From Bugula neritina (taxonomy: Eukaryota > Animalia > Bryozoa): 64,000 nt of DNA. The DNA is taken from contig OZ037765.1 in assembly GCA_964035545.1 (NCBI GenBank), positions 10,674,698-10,738,697 on the forward strand. The letters are read 5' to 3'. Made by a program: the position numbers and the translations under genes. Position 1 is the first letter of the stretch; each line of letters starts with the position of its first letter. Positions 26,601-39,475 of the stretch are shown in pieces. The notes under the pieces are model-generated. The model made no database searches. It was not told the origin of the DNA and saw only the letters and a list, made by a program, of their open reading frames with translations.

Positions 26601-29600
26601 AATATTTCTATGCAAACTAGAATTGAATAAAACACTGGGTCAAGAGTTATTACAGTACTAGTAAAATGAATTTGGTTCTATAAATGTGTAAAACATAAAA
26701 ATATCTGATTCAAAATAAAAAATTGACAATAAGAACTATAACTAGACTACATATAATGTTATACTAAAATACTCCGAATTAGTACTAACAGCAAGTAGCC
26801 TTGAAAGACGAATCTGATGACATAGAGCAAGCCTCCTTATCAATGCAGGTTCATAGCGTTTACTCGCACTTTCCAGAACTAGGTTAGCCATATCTTTGTC
26901 TCCGCTGTAATAATGTGAACACAAGTAGCATAATTATTGCATTCCCGATATTAAACAATGTCATAGGAGCGTATGGTTAGAAAATAGGCAGTCAAAAAAG
27001 CAAAGTCTAATCCTACTATTTATATAACTAAAAACAGCATATGCCAACCTGCAAGTAACAGAGGAAAATTTGAGCGTGGAAAAATAACACCATAAATAAT
27101 TTGCATCATCTAAATTTGTCAAGTAATCATCTTTAAGAACTTAGCACCTACTGTAATATGATAAATCTAGTTATTTTACAAAAATTAAATGAAGGCATGA
27201 TAATAATTTAGTACACAGAAAACTTTGACGGAAGTGTAAAATGAATTTTTTATACTTCATTATTGCTTATCTTTTTTGTAGGAACTACCTAGCTGCCATT
27301 AGAAAATATATTCAATAGGCTAATATCTTTCATTGGCTGTATAAAGTTTTCTGTTACAAACCTCATAATTTTTTAAAGAACAAAACATCATATTTTGAAA
27401 CTAAATGTTTATTATATGTGTGGCAGCATTAATTAAGGAGTGATTTTGTGAAATTTTGTTGTTACTGATAAATTACTGTTATTAGATATTACTAAAATAA
27501 TTGTGATTATGTAAAAGCAAGTTGAAATTGCAGTTTGAATACCTTTTATCTGAAAGTGAGATGGCACACAGCACATCAATAGATGTAGCAAGAACATGAG
27601 CATCTCCATAAGAAAATAAGTTGGTCAATATTGTACAAAGATCATCTGCAATGCAAAATATGAGTTACAGTAACTTAAGGAACCACAAATGTAAATATAT
27701 AGTAATAAAATAATAAGTATGAAATGATACATTGCAATATATGAGTATATGTAGCTGATTGAAGCCAGAGGTGTGACAAATCTATTTGATTGACTACTTT
27801 ACCTGGAATTTCCAACAAATGCTCAACAGGAACTCTGACATTGCTAGATGATGCATCTTGGTTATAGAAACAAAAGATCAGATGTGATATAAATGTGGAG
27901 ATAGAATGGTCGTCCGAACATTTATCCCTGGAATATAAGCATTTAATGTAAATATAAATTATCAAACCTTATAGAATGTTGCAACAGCAAAATGAGCAAC
28001 TATCCACATAATTTTGTTTAAAGATTTGAAGCAACAATGAATACTCATTATTACTATCATATTTGAACATTTGATATAATGTATTGGCATATATTATCAG
28101 AAATTTTTAGAAAATCAGACATAATTTTAGAGTTGTTTTCTCTATCAAAGTTTATTCTTGTAGACATCTGCGACTTTGAGAATTACCAAATAAATTTTCT
28201 CTGTTATGGTTTGAATGTTGACATACAACTGTAGACTTGCATAAAATTTAAGAATTAGGCAATGAATATTATATGATTTGTTTTAATAATCAAAATAAAA
28301 CGTGCATAATTCCATGATTTATAAAACTTAGATAATTATGTATGTTATGCTGTGATGTAAATTTTATAACAGCTTACCACTGTTTTAATTGCAGACAAAC
28401 CATAAGGCCTCCAGCACTTATAAACTTTTCTATAAACTGAGCTGATTGAACACTTGAGAGTTGGGAAATAGCATTGAGTAGTGAGAAGACAGTGTGGGAG
28501 ATAGAAGGCAGATTTTGCTTATTATCAACAGTCAAAAGGTGCTGCAACAGTTTATAAACACATCATGTATTAGAATATGCAGATGGCAAGTAAGAAACAA
28601 AACTGCTAAATAAAAACATTATCTAATCGCAACACACAAATACTACAGAGCTGGTAAAAGAACCAGGATTACAAAAGTTATGAGCTATGGTGACCATTTG
28701 AGAGCTCAAAAAATAAGCACCAAAACATTAGCAGGAAGTGCAGAAAACAATACTAGTTCAACGTTAGCTTGAAATATTTTGTTAGATTTTACAAAAGCTT
28801 ATGCTTTAATTATGTGGCAATCCACATAAAAATGATTATGATCGCAATTATTATTAAATTTGTTGTTGGAATAAACTAAACAGAATGCAGAAGTATATTA
28901 TATTGGGACATACAAGAAAAATATGACCTTTTATTCTCACCAACACCTTAGGGTGGCCTTCGTACTACATAATATAGCCTAAACAAGCCATAAGAAGTTA
29001 CTTTGCAGTTTTGCAAGCTTGTCTCGCACATAAAAACTTAATTTTCTGCACAAAAAACTCAAGAATTAGTAAAACTGCAAAGTTTCTTTTTTAATAATTC
29101 TTTGTGGGAGGAAGCTAATTTTCCAATTCAAAAACTAAGGCATTTTTATAATTTATTCTAATTGCAACATTAAATACATATAAATGTATCATCTATTTTG
29201 CTATTGTGAAAATAATGAAATCCACTAGTCCACTAGGCTACCAGTTCAATTATTCATCAAAAGCAGAAGCTCTTTACATAACAGTTACAAAAGTTGAGCA
29301 ACAAACCTCATACACTTTTAATACAGAGTTTTCCGCTGCCTCACAGATAAAAGTAGACAGAGAGCTTTTGTCTTCAGGTATACCAGCTGCCTTCCCCTCA
29401 TTGTTACAATTGCCTGCATACCTAAAACAATGAAATAAAACGCTAATGCAAATTTACAGTAGTATCTTACTTTTATCCAACAAATACTTAATATAATAAT
29501 TGCTTGTAGGTATGGAGGTTGTCTACTTAGACTCAAACTAAACATTAAAAACTGAAGTTAAAAATAATGGTTTGCCACTAAAACTAACTTTACACCTGTA

Positions 29601-32600
29601 GAGACATATAATACAAGCAAAATAACACAGCATACCAGTATTTCCGTACTCACAATTTTGGTACAGACTAGAGCTTGAAATAGAAGCACATAGGCAAATC
29701 ATACAAATTATCTTCAATAATTTATAAAACGAAACTTTGTAATCCCGTCATTATATACTATAGTCATATATTTTATGCTATACTGAATCAATTGATGAAT
29801 GACAAAGCGTCCATACTCTAACAACAGTAACTTATCCAGATAACAGTAACATTTGATATTAATTGTTGTGAGTAAAATATCAGTCTCTGTTAAAAGGTCA
29901 TGAAAAGATTACTCCTACTCACAGCAGATCTTTTCAATAACTAATATTAGCAGATGATAGCTTAACATTAGGCATCATAAATTACCTGCAAGAAGATGCA
30001 AGCGAAAATACTGAAAATGCAATGTTATATAAATAATGCGGCTCACCACAATGAGCTTTTCAGCAACTTTACAAACTCTATATATAGATTTTGAGCATTT
30101 TCAGCTTCCACTTGATAAGATGATAGTATCGAGACTCGAAAACTAATTTGAGAAAGAAGTTTGATTAAGGAGGTTACACATCCAGCATCAAATAGCTGCT
30201 CACTACAAATTGAATAAACAAATAACTCAATGCATTATTGAGCATATTTGAGCATGTATCAGTTAGTGCAGAGTTAAACAAGGAAAATGATTATATGATA
30301 TATTTCAATAGAATCAATATTATACGTTAATTGTGTAAAGTTGATTTGATTGCCATTTCTAATTTATAAAGGATGGGCAACAAACTATATATTTTCATTT
30401 TATATAATGATCAAAAGTTATCAGAAATTTGTGTAAACAGCATTAGATAATTGCTAAAAAAATATATATAGCCTTTTAAAAAATGAAAATAAGCCCTGTA
30501 AGTAAATTCATAGTACTAATTTTTACTTGAATGTTTTCCAGCAAAAAAGTATGAGTATCAATCTAGTAAGAGCTTAAATATCCATGTCTTTCGAGCATGT
30601 ATTTTGAAATAAATAATACCTACTCACCTAAGAAATGTGTTTGTAATACTTAAAATGTGCAGCATGATAGGGTCAAGTAGCTTGATATCCTCAGTAAGGA
30701 TCGATTCGAGCAGATTTAAAGTCAAGACTTGCGTGTTTTTGAAAACTGGGCTGGTTTTCTGTGCCACCATTCTACAAACATACATAATATCAATAACAGT
30801 TATTAGAAGCTTAGCACTTGTATCATATTACATGGGTAGCTTATCTGACACCTAAATGACAACCAAAACATAGCAACAGACAAATTTAGTCCGGTACTAG
30901 CACTTGCTTGTAATGAAGGAACAAATTTAAGGTGAAATTTTATTTTTTTCAAAGAACATAATAAAATATTGCATGTTTTGGTAATGATAATTGCACATGT
31001 TTTTAGTTGTAAGCTAACAAATAGTTTCCATGCTTCGCTACACACAGTAAATGTAGCATGAGAAAGCATACTTACTTGGAGAGAAGAATTACAACAGAAT
31101 GCAGTGCTTTAGACAAGGCATTAGTTGCAGAGCACTTGATAAACTGCTGGCTTGTTCTCAGCAACCTTTCTATACCTGCAGCAGCAGCAGGAATAGATGC
31201 ATGTGCTGTATTTACTAATATCAATCATCACCATTCAAGTCTTATTTATTTCAAGTTTCGTTTCAACTGCAAAAAAATTTGCTATTTAAAAATAAAAAAT
31301 ATTCAAATAGTATTCAGCAAGCACTATTTTTTATCACGAAAAAATTAAACCGCAGAGGCCAATAGCTGCTATAGCTTATCTAACAAAATTTCAACAACTT
31401 TGCTTAGCACTAAGATTTCACATGGGCATATATAGCCCAAGTTAGTACGGAATTTCCATAGTCAAAAGGTGATTGTAAAAAGATTGGAGAATTAATTTAA
31501 TTAATTTATGTAAAGCCTAATCATAATAACCAGCAAGTTAATTAAAGATGTATCTGTAATGATCACAATAACTTATCAACTTCTTACTAAATTGCTATTG
31601 TATATACATGGCAATCAATCTAATATTAAAAATGTGTATGTTGAATTTAATATGAAACATAATATCATACAGTATTCAATGGAAGAATCTCCATCACTAG
31701 GAAGCTTCAAGAACGACAAGAGGTATATATTTTGTACAGCAGCTTCAAGAAATGCATGGTCTTGACTTGATAGATTATTGCACAAAACATCTACAAAAAT
31801 AAAGTTAAACTTCCCTTGCTAATAATTAGAGGAACTAAATTTAACAGCATTAGTATGGAGCACAGAGCAGATATGCATCTTTGCTGTATAAATACATCAG
31901 CAACCTATATGCATTATCCTAATTGCAGCGCTAAATAAACTATGGTAGGTATAAAACAGAATATTTTAGCTGACATTAAGCAAGCAACCGGCCGGCACTG
32001 AAAATCATAAAATCATTAGCATTTCCTCTGTAAGAAATAGCACTCGTTAGCATAAATGTTAAATGCCAAAATTCCATTATATCTTGTAATTATGTATCAG
32101 TGTAGTAGTTAGTATTGTTTATAGTGCCTCTCTAGAAACTAAGATGTATGAACATCATTTGCTATAGATAATTAGCTTAGCAAAACTCGAGGAATAAAAG
32201 AAGTACAGATACAATAATAACATGTAGTTATTATAGCAATTTAAACTTTTTTATGTATAAGATATGGAAGAGACATTTACGATGTATTTGATGCAGGAGT
32301 CATCCATCACGTATAAGTAGGCTTATTCAAAATAGTATAAAACAGGCCCACGATAAGCTACAGGCAGAACATAATTTACAATCTTAGCAAAACTGAATTT
32401 GGTTTTGTATTTGCAGTCACTCCTACTCACAACAACACAATTTCAGCTATAATATTGATGCATCGCAACATTATACTGTTTCCATGAGCGTTTAACTAAA
32501 AACATAACAATGTAACAGCACCGACAAATATTGCAATTTACATGTTATCAATGTATACAAGCTGGAGAATAATTATTCTTTTGCTAAATACCACTGAAAC

Positions 32601-34605
32601 TACAACAAAGCATATATTATAAAAAAAAATTGTTGATGTAAACATACCGAACATATCAGATTGAACAAGTAGATTACGAAGAATGGTGGCACTTGAGCAG
32701 TCTAATACACTGGACATAACTTTGCACATAAAGAAGGAAGTGCTGAAATCATTTCTAGCTAAAACTCTTTTCATAATTTGAATAAGATCTTTCTTTTCAG
32801 TGAGCCACTCGATAGAAGTTGGAATAAATTGCTCAGTGATCTCCCAGACTAATTCTACAACATAACTTTAGAGCATGTTTCACACCACTAACACAAACCT
32901 TTCTGAAATTTATATAGGTAAACATTTTCATGGTATAGATATTGAGTGAGTGAAGTCTATATATAAAATGCACAATGTAACATAATTAAGCTTGCAGTAT
33001 ATAATAATGCAAAAATATTATAAAAAAACAAGGGTTTTGTCCAATTTGTGGTACAATGACACAATAGATTTAAAGCACTTTTACCTGCTGCCTTAGACTG
33101 GAGTCTGGATCCAGCATCGACAATGTTTAGCAACTCAGATAATATTTTTGGACTATGTTTATAACTAAATGAGTCGCAATACATCATAGTTGATGAGATA
33201 CAATTGATAGTAAGCTCAATGCTTGCTTCTTGTTGAAAACCCTTCATCATACTTTTGACTAAGAAGTTCTCTGTAATTAAGGAATATTTAATTTAGCAAC
33301 CAAAAAACTCATCAAGCTTGCAATTATGATATGAGGGTACAAAAAAAACCTAAGGATGCACTAAAAATTAGTTGATTGCCAGGCACAAAATAACCTATAC
33401 ATGCAAAATCAAATTACAAGCAACATATAGCAATTTATAACAACTTATTAATATCTATTGATAAAATATATGATAGTGTAGACATAGATTTTCTAATAGG
33501 GGCTTAAGAAGTATTTTAAGCAAGTTTCATACACTAGTTTTATTGTCGTATTCTCACTTTGAACGCACATACTCACCGTGTCCATTGACAAATGATAGCA
33601 CATCCTTTCCTTTTACAAGCAAGTTCAGAAGGGAGAGAACAACTGTGTGATCAACTCTCTTGTCATTACTTGTGATCTAATATATACTTCATAGTTATAC
33701 CAAATGTTTATAGTGTAAACCACAATAAGGCAAATAAAAACTATAGAAAGATGAGCAATTAGAAGTGAAATTATATTAATGACAAAAGATTGCCAAACAA
33801 AAACCAAACTTCATTTGGTTAATCTCAAAAGCTACTAAGCTTAAAAGTGCTAATTTTTTAAAGAAACAGTATGATATATACTACCTAATAGGGCAAATAT
33901 CAGCAAACAATTAACAATAATACAAACCCAATTTGCCAAAGTCTTTTTCAGCCACACAGTTTCTTCACAATTTAGTTGCATCATTGCAGCAATTACTATA
34001 TAAAATAAGAATTTGTGTTTTAAAAATCAACTTTTAGCGACTTTAGAGCAACAATTTGATCTAAAACTTGAAACATTCATAGATTATGCTTACAGCATGC
34101 AAAAAGCAAATAGCTACCTTGCAAAGTTTCTTCTTTAAAATGACTTCTTTTCACTAACCCCACCTCTAAAAATGTTGTAGCTTGTCAAACAATTTGCAAG
34201 TCAGAGGTTAAATAGAAAACATAAGGCAATAGCCACCTGCTGCAAATTATTTATGTAGTAGTAGACATGACAACTGTTAGTATATACACTTACATATACT
34301 GTCACGTATAGCCTATGTACAATTAATATAGAAAAAAGATAAATTAAACTTTTAAGCTTTTTACCCAGTAACTGCTGCAAAAATTGAACAGCCCACGCTT
34401 GTGATTCTTCCATCAACAACTTTTGGAAGTTTTTTGAAGAATGCATAAAAACATCACAAAGTTTCTCCATCAACACTCCTAGTTTCCATTCATGAGCTGG
34501 CAAAACGCTGGTAAAAATCTGTGATGCACAATCAAAGCATACATCCCCAATTGTCTTATAGCTGGGATGCCGAGAATGGGCTCTTATCCTCAAATGTAAT
34601 GACAT
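20677..34605 (-). CDS. MEI1: Meiosis inhibitor protein 1 (MEI1) orthologue, many exons; 3' end uncertain
   Basis: Exons are collinear with vertebrate MEI1 as recalled: RAHSRH..VCFDCA (cf. RAHYRH..LCLACA), MKRVLARND..LVQSDM (cf. LKKLLLSRD..FIHADI), DVLCNNLSS (cf. EFLFEHLSS), GIERLLRTSQ (cf. GIEAVVRSLQ), LQQDLLS|HVPVIRTASAKVIEALLLYL (cf. [27 protein letters not shown]), and HLLHIAWEDFV (cf. HVASQPWNRFL). The last confident exon ends near 20798; the stop at 20677 is tentative. Confidence 0.75.
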
Positions 34606-36618
34606 TGTCTGAGAAGGCGGTCTAGATTTAAAAAATATAATAATTATGAGCTCTCACATCAACATGAATAACTGTCCTAAAAATGGTCAAAAACAATAAA
34701 TTGATTAAGCATGCATTAGTTATTGATTATGCAATGTTATAACTCATAGATTTTGATCACTAATGCCTTACAGCATTCATAGCCTACTTAAACTATATAA
34801 GAAGACTGTAACTATTGTTATAAATGAAAATTATCACTAATTTGTATTAGGATGCCTTAAAATAAATTTATTGTCATAACTTGAGAAAATAAAAAGTTTT
34901 AGATGCAATTACAACAAGCTCACACATACATACATATGCATCTGTTACATATATAGCCTAGCAAAATAAAATGATAAAAGAGCTGTGTTTCAATGATTAA
35001 GACTGGGAAATGTAACTTCTATAAAATTAGCATGTTTAAATTTTAAACAAGATAAATAAATGTTTTGCCAATCTATGACGCAAGTTTATGTATCTGTAGT
35101 CGGAATAAGCATGGCAGGTGATATTTAGCATGCATGCAATTTTATTAAGCAAATACTTTCAAAATCCAACACCAACCATGGGAATTAACAATCAATGTGA
35201 TCACGAATAAATATGAGCTTTAACTAGACATACTAGTAAGCAACAGCAACAATGACAATACTAATATGTGCAATAAAAAGATAATGGTAATAGTAGTAAT
35301 AGTCGACTTAAATGTTAGATATCTACAACAGCCTTCATTGATTGACTATGCATGCTATTACTAAGACTAACAGCAGAATTCAGTTAATAGGCAGCAGCTA
35401 TTTAAATGTCTGCAAACATTAATCATATTTATTTCCTAAAAACATACGTAGCTACATATATGGCGGTGATAGTTGTTACAATGCGCCCTTAAGATATTGA
35501 TATCACCTAATATTAGTATTAGTGACATCACTGTGATAGCTATCACTATAACTACCAAAAGCAAAAGCAAATTTAGTTTAGCCTGTTTGAATTATTATTA
35601 TCATTTCCACTCAGCTGTTTGATAATTTAAATAAATTAATGATTAGCATTGAAGATGGTGACTACTAAACCAAAGCCAACTACTTATATTCATACTGAAA
35701 TAATTATAGCTAAAGAAGTCGTTTTAACAGTGGAAGTTAGACTGTTATCTTATCAAACTTATTTTGTTAAAGGGTCACTATAGTGGTGAGTGCAAATGGG
35801 CATTAGCCTCAAAAATTATGTTACTGTAACTCACACTGTAAATGCAAGACTAATAGTAATTGGCCATGCCAACATAAAAATTAGATGATAGAAACTGTAA
35901 AACTTACACTGAAACAATGGCATGTTGATTCAATCATAAGAACTGTAAATTTCTGTACTTTGTCCTTACTACTAGCGCTTATTGCTACAATATGAGTAAG
36001 TTTAGTCATTTTATAAAACTTACTGACTTTTTAAATTTGAATTTCAAATTTCATATAATATTTGTAGAGTTTTAGTTTTAGTGGAAAGCAAAAAAGCTAC
36101 TTTTCCTTAAGCAATTTTAGCTATAAAATATCAATATTCCCATAAACTTCTATTATCCAAAATTATTATGACAATATAAATTATATCACTAATAATAATT
36201 TCAATATCAATATAGGCAACAAAGCAACAATAACACTATCAGTATCTGCATTAATAATTTATATTCCTTTGCAGTAAATGTCATAGTGATAGTTATATTG
36301 ATATTCAATATCAATATGAATATGAAATGAATGATTCATATTTATATTTTAATTTATATTGATCTATTATTCTTATTCATATATTCATAACACAACATTG
36401 CTGTTGCGATTGTAAATACTAAATTAAAATACTAAGTACTAAAGTAGTAATTTAGTGTAACTTGCATTCAATTATTTTTAATATTTATTAGACATTAGAC
36501 TCACAACTGTTAGACAAAGTGTTGCACTTACAGTTAGTGTTAGTTACTATCACTGTGACATTTACACAAGTTGAACTTGAAGTTCCAAGCAATTTACTTC
36601 TACTTTTAGAATTACTAT

Positions 36619-36677
36619 TAGTAATACTAATAGTAATACTAATAGTATCACTATTAGTATTACTATTAGTATTACTA
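36619..36677. repeat. Perfect 28-bp inverted repeat with 3-nt loop, built from TAGTAA/TACTAA hexamers
   Basis: TAGTAATACTAATAGTAATACTAATAGT-atc-ACTATTAGTATTACTATTAGTATTACTA. Confidence 0.9.
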
Positions 36678-38015
36678 TTACTATTAGTATTAGATTTACT
36701 TTTAGTCACCCGTACAGGACTACGACCGTATAGGTGTGAAAGAATTAGATTTACTTTTAGTGTGGCTGCAAGTGCAAGTGCAACACTAACAGTAACTGTA
36801 AGGTTTAACTCTAAGTTTTTAGGGCTTATAATTTATACTTATATGTAAGACATATAACTCATAGTAATATTCATAAAAAATATGCACGAGTAAATAACTA
36901 CAAAACTGACATGTAACTGAGATTATGCTTATTAAGCTAATTATTATAATTTGACTTATAAAGATTGGCTGAGCTATAAAAAAAAAAGAATTATCAATAG
37001 AATGTTCGGCTGCACTATCACGTGACATGATTTGCTAGCGAATCAGTTATTCATTTTCTTAGTAAATATCCGAAGCGTGGGTCATAATCAATATGATAAT
37101 CCCATTGTCTTGGACCAAAGATCTTCCTTACAAGGTAGATCAAAAATTCAGTTAGTAAAAATAAAAGTATGCGGTGCACAAATGGAAAAGGTATTTACAA
37201 ACTTCTGTGGAAAAATATTGATTGCATGCAACGTGAACATACTCTAATTCTAGAAAGTTATACTTATACTTATAGTTATTGATGAATAAAATTGAAAGTC
37301 AAAATGCCAATACTAATACTAATAGGCAATGGCACTATTCAAAATTCAAGTTCAATAAGTGAATGACAACTTATTATCAACGCGAACATTTATTGATTGG
37401 TAATATAATTATTAAAATTAGTCTTACACAAAATAAAAATGCTATTCATCATTTAAAAAATAGAAATCATAAGGACCATGTTCGTGATTTAAAAAACTAA
37501 GTCTGGTGTTTTCAAAAATGGTCATTTACTTTACAGTATGCTGATTTCTGGTGATTTATTATAAGGTCATAACTATAATTATATTATCAACGATGGATTG
37601 CAAAATATTCGTCGGTTTTTATTTAGCCGCGGTTGAACAACTATTATCTCCACTTTTTTATATTAGTATTATTTTGAGCATGTGAGTTTGTTGATATTCG
37701 TGTGGGTTTGTTACCGTGCATGCGGTTTTGTCGAATACACACGTGTCTATTAACGAATTCATATTTTAGCTCGTGTTCTCAAAATATTGATATTTACCAT
37801 TGTAAATGTAGTTTGCATAATGTTAAATTGAATTTTCACAGGCTTGTAAGTGCAAGTGATTTATGTTCTAGTAGTAGCATTTGTATCGTGGTTGGTCGCA
37901 ATTAGAGCGAGCAATTTATTATTCGTAATGACCAATGAGATATAGGGCCATTAAGATTATACCTAATTGCTACTAGACCCTCTAACGAATGGCTAGTTGT
38001 TCTTGCAATTCTCCG

Positions 38016-38113
38016 CCTATTATGGTTATTTTTAAGCCAACGTTTTCCTAGGCTCACTTATAAGAGTATGGTACCCAGCAATTTTAATTCACTCGGATAT
38101 AGCAGTCACTAAG
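38016..38113 (+). promoter_or_regulatory. Putative muscle promoter and short non-coding exon 1 of the myosin gene
   Basis: CArG box CCTATTATGG (38016-25) abuts a MEF2-consensus TTATTTTTAA (38026-35). TATAAGAG starts at 38059, and an Inr-like TCACT has its A at 38091, 32 nt downstream. Donors AAG|gtaggt (38114) and TAA|gtaagt (38131) follow, and an acceptor at 39401 precedes the ATG exon. Confidence 0.6.
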
Positions 38114-39475
38114 GTAGGTTGAACTAATAAGTAAGTAATTGAGTTTGATAATTATGGATATACTTTTCAGGTTTATGTCATGACAATGCCAATAGGTGTT
38201 GAGTAATCCAAGAAGTTTTTAATTTTATTTGACACCATTTTGTACTGACATCAGAACCAGTGTAACTATAAGTAAAGTACTAATAGCTATCAGTCATCCT
38301 AAGTATAATATGCTCTAATGATACTTTTTTGTAGGGTAGGTAGAGTAAAAGTTTAACTTCATCTGCTTCATTATATTATAATTAATAATATTCTATTTCA
38401 AGATTCCAATGTAAACTAAGACTGAATCTTTCAAATATTGTATTGCTTTTGTTACAAGTAGTAATTACCAATCAAAATAAGTAAACATTCATTGTCCTTA
38501 TTTGATATCATTTTAGCTTAAAGTTGATTTTAGGCCTGTTTTACTTGTTGAAATTTTTATATTGGATTATTGTAAATCAAAATCAAAGCTCCAATAGGCA
38601 ACAACAATAGCAGCTACCAATTGCCATCAGTCCAAAGCCACCAAACTACAAAAAAAGCAATTAATAAATGATGGCTGATGGATACTATTTTGGTGATTTG
38701 TGGCTTGAACTGAACACTTATTATGTTAACCATTTTGTATTCTCTTTAAATCACTAGCTATTCCTTAAGTTTTAGATTGCCTATCCAATCATTTTCAAGT
38801 AGACATTGCAGCAAAACTGATTGCAAAACTGAAGTTGTTGGCTTTAGTTTAACTCTTGTTTATACTTAAATCATTATATTAAGTTGAGTAATAATGATTT
38901 TCAAGTAATAGTGATTTGGTTCACTTAAGTTCTATTTAAAACAGTTGAGATATATCATATATGTGTAATCAGTAATTAGTAATTGTGGATAGATTGGTAT
39001 AAGAAGCCTTTTTTTTCAATTACATTTAAATTAAAATTTTCTCTTTCATTTTACCGCTTTCATTGTTAAAATAGAACTTTGCGTTTAGTATAGGTTTTAT
39101 CTTGTATGATGTTCAATTTTCAAAAAGTTTTTTAGGCAGCACTAAATTTGAACATTTTTAATTATGTGCTTAGAAATTTTCAAGTACCGACATTAGATTA
39201 CTTAAATAAAATTTGATTGCTGTTTTTATTCGTGAGGTATTGCTGTTTAGTTTGCTTTTAACATTTTAGTAATGGTATACTAATCTCCGGTAGAGTCTTT
39301 ACCTTTTGTTTTCAACAACTTTTTTGTCTATGTGCTTTCTTGTGTATACTTTCTGGATTACATTTTCTATTTTGCCTGACTTGTTTCTGGTATATTTTTA
39401 GATCGGGCCTTTTTGACCGCTAGTTTTCGTTTTGCTGTTTTGCTATCAACGTTGAGGTGAGTGTTATTTGAAATT

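Noticed and set aside
36488-36848. ORFs 36488-36709 (-) and 36519-36848 (+) with Ser/Asn/Thr or Leu/Val runs
   Set aside because: They are translations of the hexamer-periodic low-complexity tract and show no protein-like features.
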